Below, piece by piece: positions 1 to 9,253 of a DNA stretch of 64,000 bases. The notes below the pieces were generated by a model. The model did no database searches, was not told the DNA's origin, and worked only from the letters and a program-made list of their open reading frames with translations. The position numbers and the translations under genes are program-made. Source of the stretch: Yuukianura sp. NJ FZ-2021 (taxonomy: Eukaryota); the NCBI GenBank assembly GCA_046563655.1, contig CM102287.1, forward strand, positions 2,976,001-3,040,000. The letters are read 5' to 3'. The stretch's first letter is position 1; each line of letters starts with the position of its first letter.

Positions 1-871
1 CAGTGGCAGTACAAGAGCGTTTTGATCTCTGAGAAAACGACGGCAAGTGAACTTCTGGATGTTCTGTTTCGTTTCACTTCCAAAACCGTGGAAGATGTTC
101 ATTTCTATGCGCTCCATTTGGTATGAACGGCTCATTTCAAAAAACTTCAAATTTTTTGAAAAAAAATTTCAAAATTTCAATTTTTTTTAGGAAACGAAAG
201 ACCGCCGCAGGCCGCTAGCGTGGAACGAATGTATCGTGCCAGCAAGAGATGCAGCAGCAGCTAGTCAGTCGACTTCCGAACAAGTCCGAATTGTACTCAA
301 ATCTCAAGCAATTCTGCCATTCGGAAGCATTCGGGAACTTCCGACGTCAAATTTTGCGACAAATTTTCTACGCACTTCGACTTTGTCGCTTTACGACAAC
401 GTAACTCCGCCCTCTCCTCCTCCCGTCCCATTCGAACCTACCTCAGACACAAGTCCACTCACTCCACCACAAATGGAAACTAATACCTTGGTAAATTTCC
501 AAAATTTCGAAGTATTTCGTAATTAGTAATTCAGGTAATTCGTAATTAGTAATTCGTAATTGTAATTACAGGGCCGACTCCAAATGAAACTACGCAGACG
601 CAGCAAATCTCTGTCAGACAGTCTCTCCTCGGCATCTAATTCTCCAACGTCGTCGATTTCTCCGACAGAATCTTTTCGCCTAATTTCAAACTCCCGCGTA
701 ACTCCGAATGCCCGCGTCCCTCCGAATTCAAATTCTCGCGGGGTTTACTCTTCCCCGTTCAATTTTCCCACCATAACAGAGTCAGTTCTGGCCACTTTGT
801 CTAGCAAATTCGGATCGAGCAGTCGATATGGAAAGTACGATCTGTCAGTGTCAGAGGCATTTTTTGTTTGA
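1..871 (+). CDS. 3' part of a gene encoding a probable Ras-association (RA/ubiquitin-like) domain followed by a Ser/Pro-rich tail; 5' end lies outside the window
   Basis: Exons 1-120, 191-490 and 572-871 join in frame with GT-AG phase-0 introns. Translation QWQYKSVLISEKTTASELLDVLFRFTSKTVEDVHFYALHL|ETKDRRRPLAWNECIVPA resembles the RA-domain pattern (YKSV.IS..TTA.E...F.L.E...R.L...E). It ends ...SEAFFV*. AATAAA near 1080. Confidence 0.6.
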
Positions 872-1413
872 AATTTCGAAAAAAAAAAAAAGCTGAGGGG
901 TTAGAAACTGCTGTTCTAAAAAGTGTTTTCTAAAGTGTTTTTCTAAAAACTTTTTTTTAGATTCTGTCTTCTATAGGTTCTAAGATATACATTTTTAAGC
1001 TTCTGGTCAAAGCAAATGATCCATGTCAATCTAATTAACATATGAAAAATCTCCGTTTTTGTCATAAATATCAAAGTTTAATAAAATATTTACTAATCAA
1101 TCATGTACAAAACCAATTTTGAAAAAATTTGGAAATTTTGAAACTTTTTTTGAAGAGAAAATTCTATCAAAAGTTGGAGCGATGTTCAAAGTTTAAAGTT
1201 TTTTGACAAGTCATGTCATTTTCTTGCCAGGTCAAAGGTGACGCTTGTGTTACAACATTTTGTTAGTCAATATTTTCACGAAGCAAATCAGTTTTTGATT
1301 TCAAAAATTGCGTAATTTCTTCAACTTTAGAGAAAAACAAACATCACATGCTTTGATGCTTGATTGTCATCAAAGGACATAAAAGTTAACTAAACTTTAA
1401 ACTAGTTAACTAA

Positions 1414-1894
1414 TGATGCAAATCTGCACGAGGTCAAATTGGCACTAAGAATTTCCAAGGTCAAAGGTCACGCTTACACGCTTTTCAGACGTGGAGCTAC
1501 GTGGAATCCGTTTCCGACAAAGTCTGTGGATTAGTCAAAACAGTCGTTTCTAAATAGTAAGTTTAAAGTTAAAGTTCAAATGAAAAGTTAATGTTAATTT
1601 AAATTTTATGTGTAGTTTGAATTAATCTTTGGAAATTTGAGCATGATGGGATGATGGAAAGATCCGCTTGGAGTTGCGTCATGTCACGCCTTCCTTGATA
1701 ACTCATTTTTATGAAACCTAGTTAAAGTTAACCATGTTCATAGTTAACTTCACATTTAAGTTTTGTCATGAGTTGACACTTTATCTAATCTGTCCACTTT
1801 GCTACTTGCTGTGCTTTTGCTGCTCGATCCACTTCAAAAAGTTGAAAATGAAGTGATTCTGGTCAGTATAAAACCAGGGCAGAACGAGTTAGTC
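1414..1894 (+). promoter_or_regulatory. Putative PSAT promoter: C/EBP-ATF (AARE)-like sites, TATA-like box and Inr-like motif
   Basis: TGATGCAAA at 1414, TGATGGAAA at 1652, TATAAAA at 1867 and TTAGTC at 1889, upstream of the ATG at 1962. Motif matches only; the TATA-Inr spacing is a little short. Confidence 0.35.
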
Positions 1895-1961
1895 GGTCCT
1901 TTCAAAACTTTTTCAAGTTTTCAGAACAACTTTTGTTGTTTTCAAAAAAAACTTCCAAAAA

Positions 1962-3974
1962 ATGACTCTCACAACTGAACAAATTGTTCCCCAGGGGGAG
2001 AACATCCACAAAAAATCAGAGCAGTACATCATCGAAAAAGACACGCAAAAACAAATCTCAGTTGCTGAAAATGAAGATTTCATTCTCTTCGGAGCTGGAC
2101 CAGCCAAGTTGCCGAAGGAGGTACAAATTCACAAATTTCCAAAATTCAAAACTTCAAAATTTTGAAAAACTTTAATTTCAAAATGTTTTGTCCAGGTCCT
2201 TCGCAAAATCCAAACTGAACTGATCGACTACGCTGGAACTCATCAAAGCATTATGGAAATCAGCCACAGATCACCAGAATTCATGGCTGTCAACAACGCA
2301 ACTATTCAAAAAGCCAAAGATTTACTGTGAGTTTCAAAAATTTCAAAAAGTTTACATTCTAAAATTGTCATCTTTTGAAAAATTGTTGAAAAATCATCGG
2401 AAATTTTCAAAATAGAACAAGATAAAAGATAAACTTAAAATTTCCATGAATCATACCACGACTTGATCACGCCATGCAGAGGTCAAAGGTCAAAAAACAT
2501 TACATCACTTGTTTGCTTGGCCCACTTCTCTTTTTCATTTTTATCTCCTTCTTTATCGAAAAGCCACACCTCCGAAAACTCAAAATTTCAAGTGTTTTCA
2601 CACTTTCGAAAAGTCAAAATTTTGAGTATTTTTTTGTTTACTTTTCCAGGAATATCCCAGAGAACTACAAAGTGTTGTTCATGCAGGGCGGTGGGACTGG
2701 CATGTTTTCAGCCATTCCGATGAACTTGATTGGGAAGACGGGTAAGGCTGACTACGTGGTGACTGGGTCGTGGTCAGCCAAGGCAGCGAAGGAGGCGCAG
2801 AAGCATGGAACAGTCAATGTAGTTTATCCCAAACAATCCACGTATGGCTCCATCCCCCACGAGGACTCGTGGAATCTGGACCCAGAAGCAGCCTATGTCT
2901 ACGTCTGCGCTAACGAAACGGTCGACGGAGTGGAGTTCCAAACGATTCCAGAGACTCATGGAGTTCCTCTCGTAGCTGACATGTCCTCAAACATCTTCTC
3001 CAGACCCATCGACGTCGCAAAGGTAACACGCCACGCACGTTTTATGCTAAAAATTTCTAGGTCGAAATTGAATTTCTGAAAAAAAAGTTATTGCTTTCGG
3101 TAGAAAGTGTGGAGATAGATGGTTGACCTTTGAACTTTCGTTTTTTTTAGTTTGGAGTGATTTTCGGTGGAGCTCAGAAGAACATTGGGCCGTCGGGAGT
3201 GACGATCGTGATAATTCGTGAGGATTTGATGGGGAATGCCCTTAAGTACACGCCAACAGTCTTTGACTTTGCCACCATCGCCAAGGACAACTCACTCTAC
3301 AACACGCCACCAAGCTTCGCGTAAGTTCACCCAACAAATTTTGACCTCGGTTGACCTCAAAGCCGCAAATGCTGACCCACTTTCAGTGTTTCTCAAATGC
3401 TGACCATGCACAGTAGAAAAAAAGTCCAAGTTTTGAGACAAGAGTTGAGAGGATTTTGTGTCTCAAAATGAAGACTTTTTTTCCACTGTGCCCTGTTTCT
3501 AAATGTTGAAATGCTTTCCCAGTTTGAAAATGTGTTTGAAATGTTGATGTGAATAATTTGAAAACGTGTTTGAATGTGTTTGACTGTAGGATCTACGCGA
3601 TGAACCTGGTGTTTGACTGGATCCTTGCTAACGGAGGTGTTGAGGAGATGGAGAGTCGTGCGTTGAAGAAGAGCAGTTTGCTGTACGAGACGATGGACAA
3701 GTCGAATGGCTTCTACATAAACAGTGTCTCCCCAGAGTGTCGGAGTCGCATGAACGTTGTGTTCCGAATCAAGAATTGTGAGGAGCTGGAGAGTGCCTTT
3801 GTGAAGGAGGCCAAGGCCCAAGGGCTCCTGGGACTCAAGGGCCATCGCTCAGTCGGAGGCATAAGGGCCTCCATCTACAACGCAGTGCTCCCTCAACATG
3901 TCCAGAAATTGGTCGATTTCATGATCAAGTTCCAGCAAAAACATCAAAGTGAAAAGGGAACTGAAAAGTGCTAA
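1962..3974 (+). CDS. PSAT1: Phosphoserine aminotransferase (PLP-dependent, class V)
   Basis: Exons 1962-2120, 2196-2326, 2650-3022, 3151-3320 and 3590-3974, all GT-AG and in frame. Hallmark motifs [56 protein letters not shown] (PLP Lys), [20 protein letters not shown]. Confidence 0.97.
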
Positions 3975-4279
3975 GTAGTCGATGGAATTGTAATTAAAGT
4001 TAATTATAAACACAGTTAAAGTTAAACTACGTTCTCGTTATTATTCTAAACACTTTGCTATAAACATAATTATTGTTTTTCTTTCTAAACATTAAACACA
4101 AAACGCTTCAGATAAACATTATAAACATAAAGCGTTCCAGTTTAAACATCAAATTCCAAAAAACAAAGTTTTTAGGTGTAAAGTGGTCTGAAAAGCTGAC
4201 AAGCACAAATTTTTTGGAAATTTTTGAAATATCACGCAATTTCCAAATTTTGTGAAAATCGAGGTCAAAAGGTCAAAAA

Positions 4280-4791
4280 ATGAGCACGAGGTCACCTTGT
4301 CCGCTGCTGTTGCTGGTAGCTGCTATGATTGTTCAATTAAGTGGATTTGCGTGTAAGTTTTTAATCATAAAAAGTTTATCAGGTTGACCTCTGTTTGACC
4401 TTTGCAATTTTTTTTGAAAGACGCAATTTGTCGAGTGGACAGATCAAATGAAGTGTGCTTGGGAGCTTTCGTCAATCTTTGCACAACACACAAGATGAGT
4501 CGATCTTTGCGGGCAAGTTGCAGCACAGACTGTCTCAAGAGATTCTGTGACGGCGGTGGATATGACATGAACTCATGCTGTTCGTGGTTTAAAGATGCCT
4601 GTGACCTTGACCAAGGTCAAGGTCAATCAGAGGTCACGTGTGAGGGGAGATACAGCCATGATAGATGCAGTTCCCCCTTGGGGCAGTTCAGTTGTCCACA
4701 AGAATGTAACCTTTGTCCCACTCAAGTACGCTCGTCACTACATCAAGTTAGAATTCGTGGAGTCAAATCGTCTAAAACAATGTACCTCTAA
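4280..4791 (+). CDS. Small secreted Cys-rich protein with two ShKT-like six-cysteine modules
   Basis: Exon 4280-4352 encodes the signal-peptide-like MSTRSPCPLLLLVAAMIVQLSGFA. A phase-1 GT-AG intron leads to exon 4421-4791. Module 1 is C-x8-C-x7-C-x12-C-x3-C-x4-C; module 2 is C-x12-C-x8-C-x8-C-x3-C-x2-C, ending CPQECNLC, typical of ShKT C-termini. Confidence 0.65.
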
Positions 4792-5237
4792 AACAAGCAC
4801 TTTTCGTTCAATTTTGAAAATTCCATGGAAAAAAAAGTTTCAAATAAAATTTCAAAATGTTTTGGTTTTTCCAAATTTCTATACTACGATTTTCAAATTT
4901 AGTCGACGAGTACAGGAAATGTCCCTACTGACGCCGACTCCTAGAAATGAGTCGTCGGAAGTGCATAACCGGTGGGTTATTTTTGTGACATGGTCTATTG
5001 ACCCCGTGACCTCTTGACCTAAATTTTGAAATTTCAAGAGTTTCTGGAATTTTGGGTTTTGATGAATTCCACAGTGAGTGTCATGTGAAGGTAAACCGCA
5101 ACTTAAAATAGCGTCACTGCAGGAAGTACAAGAAAAGTACAAAAGAATTTAAATTTTTGCAAATTTTAGTAACCTTTTTAGCAAGAAAAGCTCCAAAAGT
5201 CGTAATTTCTGAATTCCTGGAAAAAATTTCTGTAGAA

Positions 5238-6195
5238 ATGTCACGCAGTTTAGCATTTTTGCTTTCATTTTTTGTTTTTTCAGTGAAAAGTTTTGTTTTG
5301 TTTGAAAATTCGACAGTGACTTTCCCCACGCCACTGGAAGAGTTGAACAGAATCAAAAACGAATGTAAAGCAAAAGGAATTGGCGGATTTGACATAGCAA
5401 AGGTAACTAAAAGCACTTTTCAAATTTCAAAATTTCGAAAAAACTGTTTTCAAAAATTTTCTAAACAGGATAATTATCGAAGCTGTTTGAACAAAGCCGG
5501 ACTCGAAGAAGAAGACGCTATTGAAGGAGCGGGAAAATTTTCGTGTAAAAATCTTCCAGAAAAGCGATTTTGTTGGAACGAGCTTGCCAAAAAAATTGAC
5601 GCATGTTTTCCACAAAGAGGTCAAACGGTGACCTCCATCTACAACACTTTCCTCATCACAAATTGCAAATATGAAGGTAAAAATATGAAATTTCAAAAAA
5701 GACAACTTTTTTGCAACTTTTATTTAGAATTCTCAAAATTTTGAATCTTAGAAATTCTACACAATCTGAGCGCTTCGGGAAAACTTTGTCCTGTTCAGTC
5801 GACAGTGAGCAAGTTCTGTCTGGACCATGGAGCCATGACCTCAGCTGACCTTTGCAAGTAAGTCTTTGCACAAAAATCAAAATTTTGAAAGTTTTTTGAA
5901 ATGTGAAACTTTTTTTTTGCGAATTTTGTGAATTAGAAGCTTCACAGCACAGAAACTGTGTGAAGAAAGTGATCTGGCGACATGTCAACATGCAGAGCAC
6001 AAGGAATTGCTGCAAGCACATTTGCAAGAAATTGGCGAATCGCTGAATTGCACTCCAACCGCGAAAAAACAAAGCGGTCAAGTCGTCGACGACAAAAGTT
6101 CGGCGGAAAAAAATGCGTGGATTCTCAGCTCACTTTTCCTTTTCGTCACTTTTATCACTATTATCAAAAACTTTCTTGTCTGTTTTCATAATTAA
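5238..6195 (+). CDS. Secreted, probably GPI-anchored Cys-rich helical protein (loosely reminiscent of 27-kDa haemolymph/DUF1397-type proteins)
   Basis: Exons 5238-5402, 5469-5676, 5752-5857 and 5937-6195 join in frame. Hydrophobic N-terminus MSRSLAFLLSFFVFSVKS, spaced Cys, and C-terminal small residues plus hydrophobic tail (KSSAEKNAWILSSLFLFVTFITII). The family assignment is tentative. Confidence 0.7.
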
Positions 6196-6655
6196 ATGAA
6201 TTATAAATTTTATAAATTATAAATATTAGGAATTACAATTTTTATAAATTATAATTTTATAAAAATTCGACACAAAGATGTTAGAAAACAAGATTTCCAT
6301 GGAAGACGCGCTCGTGTAGAAATTTTAGGATGCGAATTAGTTCCACTCTTGAGCTTGTAATTGTGACCCAATTTCTAACGAATTTTGAATTTACATTTTG
6401 ATCTGGATTTTGCCAGTTTGCAAATTGGATTTTGAACAATCCAGAATTTTAGAGATCCTGCTTTGGCATAATTCAAAATTTCGAAAACGCATTTGATTTC
6501 TTTCCAGAACTAAACTTCTTCATTAGTTAGTTAATTGCAGTTAACCTACTCGCCAACCTTCATTAAAAAGTTACTGAACCACCGTTTTCAAATTATCTTC
6601 CAATTTCATCTCGATTTTGAACTTTTTTTTTCAAAAGGACGTAAAAGTGAAAATT

Positions 6656-7222
6656 ATGATGGTGAAATTGGTTTTCTTGTTGGTACTTTTCTCCATAAAA
6701 GTTAAAGGAGAATTAGTTACAACTGTGGCACCACACACAGAACCAGGTAGGTCAAAAAGTGATTTTTCGAACTAAAATTTTCGAAATTCAAAATTTTATA
6801 GTTTTTTTTTACTAAAGTAAAGTACTCGAAATTTCAAATTTTTATAATTTTATTTTACTTTTTCAATAAAGGAGATGCGGAAAAACAATGCTTTTCTCAT
6901 ACACACTCGATAGATCCAAAATGCAAAGGGCTTGTAGACGATCTTACGGGAAATAACACTTGCAAGTAGGCAAATTTTGCTAACTTTTTTCAAATTTTGA
7001 ACCTTTTTTTTCTTTTCTGAAATTTTAAAATTGTTCCTTAGGTACCTTACGTGTCGGAAGGCTAAAATCTCTACGTGCCTGAAAGATCCAAAAGGAAAAG
7101 AGAAAGCTCTGAAGGAAGTGCAAGAACAAATGAAAAAAATACCGAAATGTGCTGGCGCTGGAATCGCTGCATCGACGCTGCTACTCCTCATTGGATTTTT
7201 CATGCACAAAATTCTTACGTAA
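6656..7222 (+). CDS. Small secreted, probably GPI-anchored six-Cys protein; likely related to the C-terminal half of the upstream gene
   Basis: Exons 6656-6746, 6872-6965 and 7042-7222 join in frame: MMVKLVFLLVLFSIKVKG...KQCFSHTHSIDPKCKGLVDDLTGNNTCK|YLTCRKAKISTC...PKCAGAGIAASTLLLLIGFFMHKILT*. Confidence 0.7.
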
Positions 7223-7436
7223 ACGCAAATTTAACAACGTAAATGTAAATTTACCTTCGTAAATGTAAATTTACGTCAATCTAACCAAGTAGGTTGAAGT
7301 AAAGTTACCCTAACATAATGTACCTCACTGCTAAGCACAATTAAATTCCAAGTTTCAAAAAACGAGTTTGTTTTTGGACATTATTTTATTTGCTTAATTG
7401 AAATATTCATATTATTATAAATATTATTCATTTTCA

Positions 7437-8941
7437 TCAAGCTTGTATGCAGCCTTGGTTCACAAGGAAGTCCCTCACTGCATATACTTTACTGTAAACA
7501 CCTAAAAAAATAATTAATGATTAAAATAAGTTAATTAATTAAGTAGTACTGGCTCAAACTGCAGACATACCTGGAAATCCTGGTCTTGCGCATCTAAAAA
7601 AAAGTTTTCGGTTAATTTGAAATTCAAAGCAACACCATATACTTCTACTTGAATTAATTGAGCTGCTAACTGCGAATTAATTATTGGCATATAATTAATT
7701 TATAATAAATTAATTCCAGACAGTAGCCTTACCCTGCTCCCCACGAAACAATTCCAGCTAGAGCACCATTCTGCACCAATGGACCACCACTGTCACCTAA
7801 TTAACAGTTTAATAAGGGTTACGATGGTTACACATCACAAGGGTTACGATGGTTACACATCACAGAGGTTACGATGGTTACTGTTACCTTGACACGAATC
7901 CTTGCCCCTTGCACCGGCGCACAACATTGCGTCCGTAAGTGCTCTGCCGTAGGCCCTGCGACAAACGACGTCGCTCTGAACAGTTAGTTCTGCATATAAC
8001 AAGTCGCGGGACGATGAACCTCTCTCCCTTACTTTACCTATATTAATTATTATATTAATTAATTGTATTAATTAAATAATAAAACAATTTAAATAAAATG
8101 GTCACATGGCACAATGTAAACCTTACCCCAACCGGTGATGATGGCAGGTCCATTGGGAGTGGGAGCGACCTTGGTGACATTGACAGGTCGAGTATTGGGG
8201 GTAAAGGTCAAGGGGTCACGGGTGACCTTGAGCACTGCAATGTCATTGTTGTACCTGGCTCCTTGGAAGTACTGCGGATGAACCACGGCAGAATCAACTG
8301 CAGTCCAGCGACAGTTCACATGCAGATCGGTACAACCACTCAAAATGTATAACCCACTTGTGGATTGTTCATAACTAACAAAATTAAAACTTATTTTATT
8401 ACTATTTAATTACTTTTTACTAATATTTTAATCTTACACATCCTTGACGCAGTGCTGAAATTCAAAAACAAAGAGTCAGAATTCTGGTTTATGGACAGAA
8501 CTTGGACAAAATTGAAGGTCAATGATCTGGACTAAGGTTGAGGTCAATGACCTTGACTAAAGCAAAGGTCAATGACCTGGACTAAATTTGAGGTCAATGA
8601 CCTCTGGTGACCTTACGGCTGCAGTGACAATGCAAGTACTAGAGATGATGGATCCTGCGCAGAATTGGTAGTAGAAACCATTGGGCGATCTGCCTACAAG
8701 AGCAACTTGGTATGGAAATTGTCCAGCTTTGGCTTTTATTCCTCCAACCACTTTCCCATCCAATCGTTTTCCAGAAATTTCAGGTTCAGGGTCATCGCAA
8801 ACTGGAAATTAAGCAACAATAAATTTGTTTGGAACTGCTTTTCAAAATTTTGGAAAACCTTGGAGAAGAAAAATTGTGCTTACCACATGAGTTTATGAAC
8901 AAGAAACAAAAAAGGAGAAAGTGGATTTTCACTTTTTCCAT
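7437..8941 (-). CDS. Trypsin-like serine protease (S1A), paralogue A
   Basis: Eight exons (8941-8884, 8801-8617, 8454-8438, 8374-8127, 8037-7888, 7796-7733, 7593-7571, 7501-7437). Signal peptide, K|VVGG activation site, TAA|HC, NDIAVL, KDSCQ|GDSGGPL (Asp189 trypsin specificity), VSWG, C-A-R-P-G-F-P-GVY. Confidence 0.93.
7815..7881. repeat. Intronic minisatellite, ~26-bp unit (GGTTACGATGGTTACACATCACA), about 2.6 copies
   Basis: Direct repeats are visible in the trypsin A intron between the DSCQ and GDSGG exons. Confidence 0.85.
8516..8603. repeat. 25-bp tandem repeat x4, each unit with an AGGTCAaTGACCT IR-1 palindrome
   Basis: AGGTCAATGATCT at 8516; perfect AGGTCAATGACCT at 8541, 8566 and 8591. 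Confidence 0.9.
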
Positions 8942-9253
8942 TTTTTTTTTCGAAAATGTAAAATTTTATGCTCGTGTTGCGTTGCAAAAACCAAATGCAA
9001 AGAACAACACCTTGACCTTGTATTAAGTAAGGAAGAGAACCACAAGAAATATGGAATGTGCTGATCAATGTTAAATTGTAAATTAAATATTCTGAATTTT
9101 AATGACGCACTATTCCTCAGAAAAAGTGTGGCAAGGAATTTAGTGAATTTTGAAACTGATGATGTCAGTGATGGAAAGTAACAAACGAATTATAAATTTT
9201 GATTTCATGTTCAAAAATTAAAAAACTACAATTAAAAACTCATTTCTTCCAAA

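Noticed and set aside
2774..3845. Minus-strand ORFs overlapping PSAT, and similar antisense ORFs over the trypsins, HMG20 and WDR37
   Set aside because: These are shadow frames of genuine coding exons on the opposite strand.
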